Source: Klebsiella phage KMI11. Taken from it: 64,000 nt of DNA. Of the stretch, positions 8,789-21,776 are shown in pieces. The first letter of the stretch is position 1; each line of letters starts with the position of its first letter. The position numbers were made by a program, and so were the translations under genes. The stretch lies in sequence record MN101225.1. The stretch is one strand, 5' to 3'. Below the pieces are notes generated by a model. The model worked only from the letters and a program-made list of their open reading frames with translations. It was not told the DNA's origin and ran no database searches.

Positions 8789-10348
8789 TTAGATACCTTT
8801 AACCCATACACGACGGAAGTAAGCATTCTTACCAACAGAGTTGACGATAGAAGGCATACCAGAGGTAATACGACCTTTCGGCTGTTGAGCAGCAGAATCG
8901 GCGAACGGGTTAATACCGATACCGTAACGGGTTTTGAACCCCATGACCGGTTGGAAGTTCTTCGGATCGGAACCACGCAGCGGGGTCAGTGCAACATACG
9001 GAGCATAGTAGATACCAGCATCCATTTCGTTAGCACCTTTATAACCGATGGTGAAGTAATCCTGACGAGCATACTGGTCGATGTATACACGGTAGCGACC
9101 ACCCAGAACACCAGCAAATACTGCTTTAGTGGTGTCGGTATTATAACCACGACCCAGACCCTGAGCTGCCGGAGATACGTTGGTATCAACAGCTGCCAGT
9201 ACGTTAACTACGTTACGGGAAGCGATAATGAAGTTACCTTCACCGCGACCGGTCTGACGAGCGATTTCAGCGGATTCTTTGTCAATCTGGAACAGCAGAG
9301 CTTTAAAGCTTTCACCTGCCCAACGAGCACCGCGGATATCAATCGGGTCTTGGAAGTCGAATACACCGGCTTTAGAACCAATAGTCTGGGTCATACCAGA
9401 TTTACCAACCTGAGCGGAGTAGTTAATCCAGTCAACAACTTCACGGTTGATTTCCAGCATAATTTCGGTAGCCAGGATTGAACTCAGTTCAGCATCAGCG
9501 TCCATGCCATGAACAGCACGGAGGTCCTGAGCCAGTTCGATGGAATACTGTGCTTTCAGCTGACGAGATTTCGCTTCGATAGTTTGTTTATCGATACGGA
9601 AGCCCATTTCATTCCATGGGTTATCTTTAGAACCGTTAAATGCTTCTTGCAGTTCAGCAACGGAAGTAGCCATACCTTCGGCGATTTCAACTACTTTACC
9701 AGCTTCCAGAGCAGCAGTAACTGCAGCGTCCAGTTTAGCAGCATCAGTAGCGCCAGCGTCTACAGTGAAATCTTCAACAACCTGCAGATGAGCACGACCG
9801 GTCTGTGCGAAATCGTGAACAACGATATCACCAACAGTCAGAGCATCACCAGCTTTAACTGCTTCGAACTTCTCAGTTGCACCCTGACCGGAGAACATTG
9901 CATCCGGAGCGTACATCGGATGGAAAGCTTCTTTAGCACCAGCAGCCAGAGGGTCTTTGCCGTAAACAGCGCGGAGAGCGAATACCTGACCGGTTGGGTT
10001 AGACATCGGCTGTACACCACAGATATCGAAAGCAATCAGGTTAGGGATAGCACGACGAACCATACCCATAACTGCCGGGCCAATCTGGGTTACAGCACCA
10101 GAGGTCTGACCAGCTGCGATGTTCTGTGCATCATAACCATGGTCACCGCCAATTTCTGCTTCAGACAGGAAAGAACCAAATGCTTCAGCGATTTTTTCAT
10201 CGCGGTATTCCGGAGCCTGATTAATATCAGCTTCCTGGTTTTCAAAAATCTTAGCGATCAGAGCTTTTTTGCTAGCGCCAACAATTTCCGGCAGAGCTTC
10301 GTTCTCAAGCAGCGGCTGCCATTTTTCGATAAGTTTATTCTTTTTCAT
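8789..10348 (-). CDS. 23: gp23 major capsid protein
   Basis: 519 aa; MKKNKLIEKWQPLLENEALPEI...AIPNLIAFDICGVQPMSNPTGQVFALRAVYGKDP is near-identical to the recalled T4 gp23 precursor. Confidence 0.95.
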   Translation of the reverse strand: MKKNKLIEKWQPLLENEALPEIVGASKKALIAKIFENQEADINQAPEYRDEKIAEAFGSFLSEAEIGGDHGYDAQNIAAGQTSGAVTQIGPAVMGMVRRAIPNLIAFDICGVQPMSNPTGQVFALRAVYGKDPLAAGAKEAFHPMYAPDAMFSGQGATEKFEAVKAGDALTVGDIVVHDFAQTGRAHLQVVEDFTVDAGATDAAKLDAAVTAALEAGKVVEIAEGMATSVAELQEAFNGSKDNPWNEMGFRIDKQTIEAKSRQLKAQYSIELAQDLRAVHGMDADAELSSILATEIMLEINREVVDWINYSAQVGKSGMTQTIGSKAGVFDFQDPIDIRGARWAGESFKALLFQIDKESAEIARQTGRGEGNFIIASRNVVNVLAAVDTNVSPAAQGLGRGYNTDTTKAVFAGVLGGRYRVYIDQYARQDYFTIGYKGANEMDAGIYYAPYVALTPLRGSDPKNFQPVMGFKTRYGIGINPFADSAAQQPKGRITSGMPSIVNSVGKNAYFRRVWVKGI

Positions 10349-10368
10349 GTGTTGTATAACCTTTTAAA

Positions 10369-11181
10369 TTAAGAAAGACGAGCCGCTTGGGCCACATAAG
10401 CATCCATAACGGATGGGGTTTTAGTCGCAGGAGTTTCTTCTACTGCTTCAGTTGTGAAGTTTAAACCGTCTGCTTCTTTGTCGATAGTATTTATATCGGC
10501 AGATTCCGTTACAGACTGCTCTACAGAACCCTGCACCATTTCAACAATAGCTTTCAGCTTAGTTGAAAATGCGTCAGAATAATCCATGCCCTCTGTCAGA
10601 GAAACTACTTTCTCTTTTTGGGTATCAGTCAGTTCACGGGTTGCTTCTTGAATAGCATACTCGCGTTGGGCGTAATTGATATAAGCATCACGCTTAGAAA
10701 CTTCTTCAAATAAACGAGCAGTTTCTTCTTTTTGCTCAGCAAGTTCTTCTTCCATTTCAGCGACCACGTCTACTGATTCTTCAGGAATTACAACATTGTG
10801 CTCAACAAACAGTTCTTTCATACCGCTAAACATGGATTCAAACAGGTCAGCTTTAATACCGCGGTCAACCGCCAGCTGGTTTTCTGCCATCCATTCTGCA
10901 GCGATATGGTCAAAGTATTTAGAAGCAGCTTCTTTCAGCTCTTCACGAGCTTCTTCTTTAGCTTTTTCTTTTTCTTCTTCTACTTTTTCTTCTGCTTTCT
11001 CAGCAATCTTTTCAATGTGAGATTCTGCCAGAGCTACGGCGTGTTTTTTGACTGTTGCTTCGAATACAGTGCTGAAGTTAGCTTTAGCTTCCGGAGAAAG
11101 CTGAACTGATTCGAAAATACTGTCAAGAGCGACGGAAGCATCGATAGTTTTAGCTTCGGTCATTAAAAGTTCTTTAAGCAT
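10369..11181 (-). CDS. 22: gp22 prohead core scaffold protein
   Basis: 270 aa, highly charged coiled-coil protein between 21 and 23 as in T4. Confidence 0.9.
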   Translation of the reverse strand: MLKELLMTEAKTIDASVALDSIFESVQLSPEAKANFSTVFEATVKKHAVALAESHIEKIAEKAEEKVEEEKEKAKEEAREELKEAASKYFDHIAAEWMAENQLAVDRGIKADLFESMFSGMKELFVEHNVVIPEESVDVVAEMEEELAEQKEETARLFEEVSKRDAYINYAQREYAIQEATRELTDTQKEKVVSLTEGMDYSDAFSTKLKAIVEMVQGSVEQSVTESADINTIDKEADGLNFTTEAVEETPATKTPSVMDAYVAQAARLS

Positions 11182-11210
11182 TTTTGATGTCCTGTGTTAA
11201 GTTACATAAT

Positions 11211-11218
11211 TATTTATA
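11211..11218 (-). promoter_or_regulatory. late promoter TATAAATA upstream of gene 22
   Basis: TATTTATA on plus strand, 30 nt upstream of the gp22 start. Confidence 0.65.
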
Positions 11219-11864
11219 ACGCTTTTAACTTCTCTGCGAGAGCCATAAAAGCATCATCAGCACTATTGGCAACTTGTGCCGAGGTATTTTCCGAAATTTG
11301 TTTCGGTTGTACCCATGCATCCGGAGCACTAGGACCCCAAACTGCGTCTACACCAACAGTCAGGCGAAAGCCTTCTTGTACGATGTTATATCCTTTTCCT
11401 GAGTCTTTTAAAGAACCGAGTCCACGGCTTGATACACCAGGAATCCAACCAGCACGGATGTTAGCGGCTAATTTATCACCTGGACCGTGGTCTCCTTCGA
11501 TGATTCTTGCACGCCCATAAACATCGTTGCCTTTCCACCACATATCTTCGATAATGATTGCGGCTTGCATCGGGTCAACATTTGCGCGAGGTGGATGGTT
11601 TAATTCTCCTAGAGCCTGACGAGTAGCAACCTGCTCCTTAATATAACGACTTACCGCAGTCTCAAGAATGCGTTTTGGATAAAGACGTTTATTACGGTTT
11701 ACTACTTCTGCCTGCATAAAAACACCTTCAATATACAGACCAGGTTTTAAGCCAGATTCATTTTCGCCTTCAACGATAATAGATTCTAGCATTGGTTTAC
11801 CATCAATTACATCGCCCGGTTGACCCCAATGCTCAATTAAAAGTTGTTCATTGAGGTTTTCCAT
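11214..11864 (-). CDS. 21: gp21 prohead core protease
   Basis: 216 aa; EVVNRNKRLYPKRILE, GELNHPPRANVDPMQAAIIIEDMWWKGNDVYGRAR.IEGDHGPGDKLAANIRAGWIPGVSSRGLGSL match recalled T4 gp21. Confidence 0.93.
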   Translation of the reverse strand: MENLNEQLLIEHWGQPGDVIDGKPMLESIIVEGENESGLKPGLYIEGVFMQAEVVNRNKRLYPKRILETAVSRYIKEQVATRQALGELNHPPRANVDPMQAAIIIEDMWWKGNDVYGRARIIEGDHGPGDKLAANIRAGWIPGVSSRGLGSLKDSGKGYNIVQEGFRLTVGVDAVWGPSAPDAWVQPKQISENTSAQVANSADDAFMALAEKLKAL

Positions 11865-12289
11865 TAACTTAGCCCCAGAGCCTGACGGCGTTTAAGTGCT
11901 TTCTTACGTTTACGTAATCCACGAGTTTGAGCCGATGGATTAGCACGTTTTGATTTTACTGCTTTACGCGCGATTTGACGGCGTTTAGCTTTAGAAAGTC
12001 CAGTTGTTTGGAACGCGTTACGCTCACGTGTTTTACGATCCTTAGTACGTGTAATAGTACCTTTAGAATCAACATGTTTAACGATAAATTCATTTAGTTG
12101 TAGAGATTCATTGATTGAACCTAAAGCAATTGCTAAATCAGGCTCAGAAACAACAAGATTCTCTACAATTTTATTTATATCATCTTTAGAGAGCGCTGCG
12201 GACAACTTATCAAAACGTGCCTGGGCTTCAGGAAGAAGAGCTTCGACAGTGTCGATAACTAATTCATGATTTTCAGGCAGTATAAGCAT
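11864..12289 (-). CDS. 68: gp68 prohead core protein
   Basis: 141 aa, basic C-terminal half, same size and position as T4 gp68. Confidence 0.8.
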   Translation of the reverse strand: MLILPENHELVIDTVEALLPEAQARFDKLSAALSKDDINKIVENLVVSEPDLAIALGSINESLQLNEFIVKHVDSKGTITRTKDRKTRERNAFQTTGLSKAKRRQIARKAVKSKRANPSAQTRGLRKRKKALKRRQALGLS

Positions 12290-12513
12290 TACTCGTCCTC
12301 TTCGTCGTCTTCGTCTTTATCAGACTTATCTTCGTCTTCGTCGTCTTCATCTTCGTCCTCATCGGGCTCTTCACCCTCAATCATGACAGACGCTGCGATA
12401 ATTTTTTTGCGCTCTTCAATTAAACCAGATGTCCGTTCAGCCATAATTGCACCAAAAGCTTTTTTGGCTGCTACGAGGTCTCTGGATTCAATTGCGGAAA
12501 TATAATTTTCCAT
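12289..12513 (-). CDS. 67: gp67 prohead core protein
   Basis: 74 aa with poly-acidic (D/E) C-terminus; T4 gp67 position. Confidence 0.8.
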   Translation of the reverse strand: MENYISAIESRDLVAAKKAFGAIMAERTSGLIEERKKIIAASVMIEGEEPDEDEDEDDEDEDKSDKDEDDEEDE

Positions 12514-14081
12514 TAGAAATCCTCTTCATTTTCTTGGTCTTGGAAGCGAGCCTCTTTAGACTCTAATTCAATTTGCTTGGCTTCTTGTTCAATTTCTTCA
12601 TCTGACATCTGAAGGAAATCTTTCATTGCTGTCTTATGAGAAATATACTTGCCGATAAACTGTTCAGCCATTGTGAGCATATTGATTCTACGCTCCATAA
12701 CTTCAGCATCTTTCAACTCGGTGAAATATGAATCTTTATGGAACACAATCTTAATATTATTTATTTCGTCTTCCCACTCATCTTTAGACAAAACTTTTTT
12801 AAGAATTAGATTAGTGCGAAGTGGATCAAGCATAATCTCTTCAAATTTATGCTGTAATCTACGAATAAATTTGGCAAAATCAAGTTCATCACGTGTGATT
12901 GATGTACCAGCATCAAACTGCACACCACCTTGATTATTTGCATCTGGCATGCGCGAAAGAGGAACTCGCAATGCCATGTATAACGCTGTTCTAAAGTAAC
13001 GGACGTCATCCATATCACTCATACCGGACATACCAGGAAGAGTATCTACTTCAGTAACTGCTTTACCATCTCTACGCTGCAACCAATAGTCTTCTGTCAT
13101 TGACATATTATGTTGCTGATTTTTAATCTTACCGGTTGATGCATCATATACAACGCGATTTTTCATCGTGTTCATAATATGTTGCATATGAGCTGCCGCT
13201 TTACGAGAAGGCATATTACCAGTGTCAATGTAAAACACACGACGGTCAGGAGCACGAGTAATACGATAAATTACCAACGCATCTTCTAATAGCTTTAACT
13301 GGTTGGCGGGTTTAACGGCTCGGTGTAAATAACCGATGATGTTTTGACCTGAACAATCAACTAGTCCAGAATGTGCATATACGATAGCATCGCGTGGAAT
13401 TTTAATTTTCGTTCCGGCGGAATATAATCTGCCATCTGCGTAATAACTTTCTTTGCCAGTATCGTAAATGAAATACTCTTTGTACCCCTTAACGATTTTA
13501 GTACCAGCGTCATCAGCGGTAACGATTTCACGGATGAATTGTAAGTTGCGCGGGTCAAGACGTCTCAGTTCCTGAATTCCGTCTTTCATTTTCTTTGTGT
13601 TGACGATTTTATGGAAGAATATTCTTGAGTCAACATACCAACGGCGGAAATGGTCGGCTCCTTTTCGCTCGAAATTAAGGCATGTTAAAACTATATTAAA
13701 TTCTTCAAGAATGCGGTCTTTAATTGCTTGACTGAAGTCGGTAGAATCTAAATCAAGAGAAACTACTGGATGACCGTCTTCGTATACAACTGCGTCAGAA
13801 ACTATTTCTTCAACAGCATTGTCAACTTCGTAGTTATTCATTAAACTACGATAAGTGTTGATTAAATCAGCAGTTGTTTTCATTCCAGGTTCATTGGAAC
13901 CAAACATCATTTGGTTGAATGAATTGTACTGGATTTCGTTTTCGTTTGATTCAACTTCACGAGCTCCATCATCAAATTTTGGAGCAGTGATTGACTCTAG
14001 GTCATTGTTGATTTGTTGCTTATATTCAGCTTCGTCGCGTTTTTCCCACGGAGCGAATAAGTCCAAAATATGAAAGGCCAT
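12513..14081 (-). CDS. 20: gp20 portal vertex protein
   Basis: 522 aa; long colinear agreement with recalled T4 gp20 ([57 protein letters not shown]-terminal EARFQD...EDF). Confidence 0.93.
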   Translation of the reverse strand: MAFHILDLFAPWEKRDEAEYKQQINNDLESITAPKFDDGAREVESNENEIQYNSFNQMMFGSNEPGMKTTADLINTYRSLMNNYEVDNAVEEIVSDAVVYEDGHPVVSLDLDSTDFSQAIKDRILEEFNIVLTCLNFERKGADHFRRWYVDSRIFFHKIVNTKKMKDGIQELRRLDPRNLQFIREIVTADDAGTKIVKGYKEYFIYDTGKESYYADGRLYSAGTKIKIPRDAIVYAHSGLVDCSGQNIIGYLHRAVKPANQLKLLEDALVIYRITRAPDRRVFYIDTGNMPSRKAAAHMQHIMNTMKNRVVYDASTGKIKNQQHNMSMTEDYWLQRRDGKAVTEVDTLPGMSGMSDMDDVRYFRTALYMALRVPLSRMPDANNQGGVQFDAGTSITRDELDFAKFIRRLQHKFEEIMLDPLRTNLILKKVLSKDEWEDEINNIKIVFHKDSYFTELKDAEVMERRINMLTMAEQFIGKYISHKTAMKDFLQMSDEEIEQEAKQIELESKEARFQDQENEEDF

Positions 14082-14107
14082 TGGAGTCTCCGAAATTATC
14101 TATAAGT

Positions 14108-14115
14108 ATATTTAT
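14108..14115 (-). promoter_or_regulatory. late promoter TATAAATA upstream of gene 20
   Basis: TATTTATA on plus strand, 27 nt upstream of the gp20 start. Confidence 0.65.
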
Positions 14116-14185
14116 ATCGAAGTTTTGTCAGATATTTAAGCAAATAACTCACAGAACTTCGATACGGGGCCGAAGCCCCATAGCA

Positions 14186-14677
14186 TTATTCCCACCAGTC
14201 GATGGCAAAGGTAGTTTCGAACGTTTCTACCTCATTATTACTGTCCCAGTCCATCTGTACTTCACCAACGTTAGTTGGCCACAGACCGGTAATGGTGTGT
14301 TCATTTGTGATAGTTTTGCCATCACGACTAAACTGGCGTACCGTAGCAACCTTTTTGTAATCGGCTGGAGTCATACCAGAGATATCATTGCCTTGAGCGT
14401 GGGCCTGAGCCTGCCAAGCAATAATTGCCTTACGTACTTCATGTTTATCATCGTTATAGATGGTAACAGTCCAGTCGTCATAAGTACGGTCACCGGCGAC
14501 GTTAATCTTACGGTTCATATACCCGACTGGAACTTTTTCTACGATACCTGCCGGCATCGGTGCTGCTTTACATTTGAAACTGAAGTTACGACCCAGATAA
14601 GGAATTTCTACCTCAAACAGGTTAGGACGCGCAAAGTCACCAGATTCAAACGCACGAGTGATGTCTGTTAATTCCAT
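14186..14677 (-). CDS. 19: gp19 tail tube protein
   Basis: 163 aa; TRAFESGDFARPNLF.VEI.YLG.NF.F.CKA...PAGIVEK.PVG.MNRKINVAGDRT.DDWTVT matches recalled T4 gp19. Confidence 0.93.
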   Translation of the reverse strand: MELTDITRAFESGDFARPNLFEVEIPYLGRNFSFKCKAAPMPAGIVEKVPVGYMNRKINVAGDRTYDDWTVTIYNDDKHEVRKAIIAWQAQAHAQGNDISGMTPADYKKVATVRQFSRDGKTITNEHTITGLWPTNVGEVQMDWDSNNEVETFETTFAIDWWE

Positions 14678-14693
14678 CGTTGTTTCCTATAGA

Positions 14694-14701
14694 TATTTAT
14701 A
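14694..14701 (-). promoter_or_regulatory. late promoter TATAAATA upstream of gene 19
   Basis: TATTTATA on plus strand, 17 nt upstream of the gp19 start. Confidence 0.6.
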
Positions 14702-14803
14702 TAGCCTCTCGATTGACTACATCATCGTAGAGGCTATTAAAGTGTGCGGTAATATAATTTATCATCTAAAGGTTAGATGACCCAGAATGTCCTGGGGTTC
14801 ATA

Positions 14804-16777
14804 TTACTGTGGTCCGATTAACTCATCGAAATCTGCACCAGTTGCCGTAGCAACGAAGTTCAGAGTGATATAGTTAATTGAACGTGCCGGCTTGATGTAG
14901 AAGCTCGCTACAAACTCGTTGCGGTCGATAACTGCTGGAGTGTTGTTCGTGGTATCACATACAACTCGGAAGTCATATACACCACCCAGAGCTTTAATAC
15001 CTGCGAGGTATTGGCTGGTTTCCATACGGAAAGAACTACGGGTAAAGTTATCGTTTAATTCAAACAGCTGCCACTTAGAAGAATCACCGATGTTGTTCTT
15101 CAGCATGTTAAACAAGCGACGAACGTTAATTCGGTCAAACGGAGTTGGAACAGTGGTTGCAGTCTTATCACCAAACAGAATGAAACCTTCACCTGTACCT
15201 TGACCAGTCACTGGGTTAATACCTGCTTGGTACATGCGGTCACGATGTGCCTGACGCGGTTCAATTGCCAATTTGATGCAATTTAAAATCTGACCACGAC
15301 GATATCCAGCCGGTGACATCCAAGGCTGAGCAATATCATCAGTACGAGCACACAGGCCTGCAATATCAGCAGCTAACGGAACCCAACGGTTTACGTCGTT
15401 ATATTTATCATACTGATATTTATAGTTACCATCAATTGCCGCGTACGTGGTATTAATGTTCATATTGGCAGAATCATAAGTTCCATCGCCTTGACGCCAG
15501 TCGATTAAATTATCAACAGCACGAGTCAGAGGAATATTTACAATCGTTGACCTTGGAGGCGAAATGAGTGCTAAACAGTCTTGACGCTCATCTGCAATAG
15601 ACGAAACGTGTTTTTGTACTGTGCTTGCGATTTCATCTGTTTCACCGGCACAAGCACCAGCAATCAGAAGGTTTACACGCAATGCTTCACGGTCACCAAA
15701 TAAATCCCAACCTTGAATTAAATCGCCAGCAGTAACTGATTCATTAGCTGAAACCCCACCACCCAGACGAATAACACCGGAAAATCCTTCAGGCCATCCT
15801 TGCGCAGTAGCAAATATATAACGTGAAGAACCTTTGGAGAAATAATCGTCCATAAAGATGTTATTTCCGTAGATGTCTTTATCTTGACGGTTTGTTGATA
15901 ACACCGTTGATTCAACTACCGCGCCATCTCTACGAACAATGATAGCGTACTGAGTATCGGACTGAGGACCATATCCAAATACGGCTTTTGCGGTTGATGC
16001 ACGCTGTCCACCACTCGGATAAATCGTCAGTTGTTCGCCTTTATCAAAAGCGGCTTTTGATACAATTTCAATTTCCAGTTGGTTTCCGAGCTCGCCCGGA
16101 TACGCAGCTACAATTCCAGGCATTTTATATTGCGCAAGCGCAGTCTGGAATTCGGTTTTTGTCATTTCTTCATGGGCAGTTTCATGCTCAGTCAGTAAAA
16201 CTGTAGACTCAGAAATAATTTTACCTAAAGTAATGACAGCGGAAACACCAGAACTCTGTGAAGTAATGGTAGTTGTCCACGAAGACCCTAAATCTGGGTA
16301 CTGATTAATGCTTTTTGCATATGCAATAATCTTCGATGTCGGAATGAACACCGACTTAATTTTTCCGTCACTATCTACTTCAGTAACTGAACCGGTGTCA
16401 TCTACAGTTTGGTCTGCATATTTAACCGTAATTTTATCACCAACTTCATAGTTACTACCAGCAGTAGTGATAGTCCATTCAATATTATCAACCAGCGGAG
16501 ATGCGTTTTTAGCAGCTTCACGGTTAACTACACGGACGGTGCGTAGATCATTACCATATTGCAGAAAGTTCATTGCTGACATAAAGTAATCAGCAGTTTG
16601 GTTATTAGGGCCGCCAAACATATCAACCAGTTCAACTTCATTAGTGATTTGAGTAACTTGATATGCAGGACCCCATTGGAACTTCCCGACAATTGCGGCA
16701 CGACCTGTAGCGTTAAGTACTACCGTGCTCTGTACGCTCGTTTCTTTGAGCTCAATTCCAGGAGAGACTAAAGGCAT
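14804..16777 (-). CDS. 18: gp18 contractile tail sheath protein
   Basis: 657 aa, between 17 and 19; size and position of T4 gp18 (659 aa). Confidence 0.9.
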   Translation of the reverse strand: MPLVSPGIELKETSVQSTVVLNATGRAAIVGKFQWGPAYQVTQITNEVELVDMFGGPNNQTADYFMSAMNFLQYGNDLRTVRVVNREAAKNASPLVDNIEWTITTAGSNYEVGDKITVKYADQTVDDTGSVTEVDSDGKIKSVFIPTSKIIAYAKSINQYPDLGSSWTTTITSQSSGVSAVITLGKIISESTVLLTEHETAHEEMTKTEFQTALAQYKMPGIVAAYPGELGNQLEIEIVSKAAFDKGEQLTIYPSGGQRASTAKAVFGYGPQSDTQYAIIVRRDGAVVESTVLSTNRQDKDIYGNNIFMDDYFSKGSSRYIFATAQGWPEGFSGVIRLGGGVSANESVTAGDLIQGWDLFGDREALRVNLLIAGACAGETDEIASTVQKHVSSIADERQDCLALISPPRSTIVNIPLTRAVDNLIDWRQGDGTYDSANMNINTTYAAIDGNYKYQYDKYNDVNRWVPLAADIAGLCARTDDIAQPWMSPAGYRRGQILNCIKLAIEPRQAHRDRMYQAGINPVTGQGTGEGFILFGDKTATTVPTPFDRINVRRLFNMLKNNIGDSSKWQLFELNDNFTRSSFRMETSQYLAGIKALGGVYDFRVVCDTTNNTPAVIDRNEFVASFYIKPARSINYITLNFVATATGADFDELIGPQ

Positions 16778-16807
16778 GATATATCCTCAATGTTGTTTGC
16801 TTTTTAT

Positions 16808-19132
<2,325 letters not shown>

Positions 19133-19136
<4 letters not shown>

Positions 19137-19957
19137 TTTTCACCTCTCGGTCCAGGAGCCTCCGGATTTACCGGAATAGGAATATCGTGAGAATAAGTTT
19201 GTTTACTAGAACCGTCCCAATTTTCGTGTTGAACATCTCGTGGAGTAACTTCGCTATCCACAGATTCAAAGTTTCCTTCTGGTGTTAATTCTTTACTATT
19301 AGCGAAGAAATCCAAATAAATGGTTCTAATTTCGCCGTCAACCTCGGCAACAGGAGGATATAGCCATCCGTTGACTTCAAACATCAATGACCATTCTAAT
19401 CTACGACGAGTAATATTATCTCCGTCAACAGCTTCATCCTGAGAAAATGATTGTAATACAATTCTAACATCACGGTTAAAGCTCGTGTCTTTGTCGTAAA
19501 GTTCAGTTATAGTCGTGTTAAAATGCGGCTGAAAATAAGGAACGATTTGCTCGATGATTTGATACATATCATCTTGGTTCCGTGTATAAATCCCCAACTC
19601 AAAAATCATCTTAATCGGAGTAGGATTATACTGAGATGTAATTTTTGAAGGGGTTTTATATGATTTGGTTCTGTTTAATTGTGATGTTTTATACATCGCG
19701 TTGTATTGCATATCAACCAAGTGCAAATTCATTCTTGGCAAAACAGTTTCTATTTTTGCTTTATTCTCGGTAGACTGAATAGCAGTCCATTTTCCGAGTT
19801 GAGAAAGGAACTTTTCCTTTGAAGCGTAAGTGATAGGTACTTTAATATATTTTAGTCCAGTGTCTTCACGCCAGCGTGCGATTTGTATATGAGAAAACAA
19901 GTCTCCCATCAGCACGATGTATCGGCGTAAGGACGAATTATACCAATGTCCAAACAT
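19133..19957 (-). CDS. 15: gp15 tail sheath stabilizer/terminator
   Basis: start reassigned to MFGHWYNSS (matches T4 gp15 MFGYFYNSSFRRY..LMGDLFS.IQI); the track's extra N-terminal MGPLGPLGEI is just the upstream GGGACCC-AAAG-GGUCCC hairpin translated. Confidence 0.88.
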
Positions 19958-19998
19958 GATTTCTCCTAAGGGACCCAAAGGTCCCATCTTTATTTTAT

Positions 19999-20775
19999 TT
20001 ATTCGAAGAACCCGTCATCAAACGAATCTGCTTTAGGAGGAGACTCAAGTCCTCTTCCGTTATTAACATAATACGGATGAACATATTCAGCGGCTTCTTT
20101 ATTGATTGCGTCGCTTTCTGCGTATTGCACGTCAGAAATATCAGCAAGAGAATCAATGTTTTTGATTGGTTCTAAATCAAGCTCAGAAAATTCAGGAATA
20201 TTAATGCCTTCATTACGTTGCAATTCTGGCTGAAGCTGCTCACCAGAATAAATGTATTTCTGCGCAGTAATCTTGCGCTGAACATTTTGACCTAACTGAT
20301 AAAATGGATCGTATGGCTGAACCCAGTTAATTTCGAATAATGAGTTATCCATAGGAAAATAAATTAGGTCACCGGCTTTTGGTTCAGAATTATTAGTTTG
20401 ATGCTTGAATAAATTAGGATTAATAGTCAGATTGACTTCATCATTAACCATCATACCAAACTTACTAAAGAATGTATTATCACCAGAATAACCGTCAAAG
20501 GAATCTAAGTAAGCTGCAAATTTCCAAGCCTTGGTGAATTTACTTGATGGGTCTTCTCCAAAAAGCAAATCTGGGTTGTTGTATTCACGAGGAAGGAAAT
20601 AAAACTCAATTCCTCTCATTTGAATAGCCTCAGCTGATAAAACATCTGCCAGGGTTTGGCTATTTCTGTGATTATAAAAATTCACATAAGGATTGAGAAT
20701 TTCGGTTTCATTAGTTTTATTGTATCCTCGATAATCTTCGAGTTTAGCGAAGAGCCTAGAATCAAATGTAGTCAT
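19999..20775 (-). CDS. 14: gp14 neck protein
   Basis: 258 aa; [79 protein letters not shown] match recalled T4 gp14. Confidence 0.93.
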   Translation of the reverse strand: MTTFDSRLFAKLEDYRGYNKTNETEILNPYVNFYNHRNSQTLADVLSAEAIQMRGIEFYFLPREYNNPDLLFGEDPSSKFTKAWKFAAYLDSFDGYSGDNTFFSKFGMMVNDEVNLTINPNLFKHQTNNSEPKAGDLIYFPMDNSLFEINWVQPYDPFYQLGQNVQRKITAQKYIYSGEQLQPELQRNEGINIPEFSELDLEPIKNIDSLADISDVQYAESDAINKEAAEYVHPYYVNNGRGLESPPKADSFDDGFFE

Positions 20776-20778
20776 CTT

Positions 20779-21720
20779 TTACCCCAACAGAATAGGACAA
20801 CCCGGGTCAAGTAAATCAAGTTCCTCTCGGAGCTTCTCGATTTCTTCTTGGGCCTCTACTTTAAGTGTTTGACCATCAACTGTAACGCCGCCGGCTAATT
20901 GTAGCCCTTGGTGTTTAAACAGAATTTCACCCCACAATTTTTTAGTCAGTGCTGTAGCATAATCTTTTACCCAACGATTATTATAAGCACCTTCTCTATT
21001 TGTATTACCTTCACCTGCATATTGGCCGTTATTGCGAAGGTTAGGATTCTGATACCTATCTCCTAAGCCCCAATGGTCGGAAGTTTGTTCACCAGCGAAG
21101 CCGTAACCTGCCGTATTGCCTACCATCACATCTGTATTCATAAATGATTTGGTCCAGCATTCACAGACAATGATGTCTCCCTTCATGAAGTTGCCCATTA
21201 CTTTAAGCATTTCATTATCAGAGTTATACCAATAGTCTGGAAGTGGGGCAAGCAAATCCTGCATCATTGACCAATAAGTCATTAATTGAGTAAAATAGCC
21301 CAGGTCAGCACCGAAAGCGTTTGGTCCATAACTCTTATTACAGCTTGACCCCATTCCGCCATTAATTCCGGCCATTCCCATTAAAAAGTCAGTAAACCAC
21401 GGATAGGTAGCATTACCATCCATTGAAGTTAATGAACCTACATTTGTTCTAACGATTTGAGTGACAGCAAATACATTACGACCACGCAAATCAAACACAC
21501 CATTTAAAAATCTTGCGTTGTCAGCTTCATCTTTTCCAATATAAAAAACTTGATAGCCTTTATTCAATCCGTTAAAGTGGTATTCACCATACAACTCTAA
21601 TGCTCGTTGAATACAATCATAAATTTGGTCTTCAGTTACTTCGACATTAATTACCGGCGCTCCTAGACGTCGAAGTATAGCGTCTTTAAGCGTTTTTGGG
21701 TTGTATGTGTTGTATGACAT
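20779..21720 (-). CDS. 13: gp13 neck protein
   Basis: 313 aa; [80 protein letters not shown] match recalled T4 gp13. Confidence 0.93.
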   Translation of the reverse strand: MSYNTYNPKTLKDAILRRLGAPVINVEVTEDQIYDCIQRALELYGEYHFNGLNKGYQVFYIGKDEADNARFLNGVFDLRGRNVFAVTQIVRTNVGSLTSMDGNATYPWFTDFLMGMAGINGGMGSSCNKSYGPNAFGADLGYFTQLMTYWSMMQDLLAPLPDYWYNSDNEMLKVMGNFMKGDIIVCECWTKSFMNTDVMVGNTAGYGFAGEQTSDHWGLGDRYQNPNLRNNGQYAGEGNTNREGAYNNRWVKDYATALTKKLWGEILFKHQGLQLAGGVTVDGQTLKVEAQEEIEKLREELDLLDPGCPILLG

Positions 21721-21740
21721 ATAAGCTCCTCTTTATATTC

Positions 21741-21748
21741 TATTTATA
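21741..21748 (-). promoter_or_regulatory. late promoter TATAAATA upstream of gene 13
   Basis: TATTTATA on plus strand, 21 nt upstream of the gp13 start. Confidence 0.6.
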
Positions 21749-21755
21749 CGAAAAA

Positions 21756-21771
21756 GGGACCCGAAGGTCCC
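21756..21771. terminator. UUCG-tetraloop hairpin between wac and 13 (GGGACC-CGAA-GGUCCC)
   Basis: 6-bp GC stem flanked by A/T runs. Confidence 0.6.
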
Positions 21772-21776
21772 TTTCA

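Noticed and set aside
8783-10372. Long antisense ORFs inside gene 23 (8783-9481 and 9509-10372, plus strand) and similar antisense ORFs inside 17, 18, 20, 6 and 7
   Set aside because: They lie opposite highly conserved structural genes whose identity is certain, and their Ser/Thr/Cys-rich low-complexity translations are typical of antisense frames.
19958-19987. N-terminal extension MGPLGPLGEI on gp15
   Set aside because: It is the GGGACCC-AAAG-GGUCCC intercistronic hairpin read in frame. T4 gp15 starts at the MFG(H/Y) motif, so the start is set at 19957.
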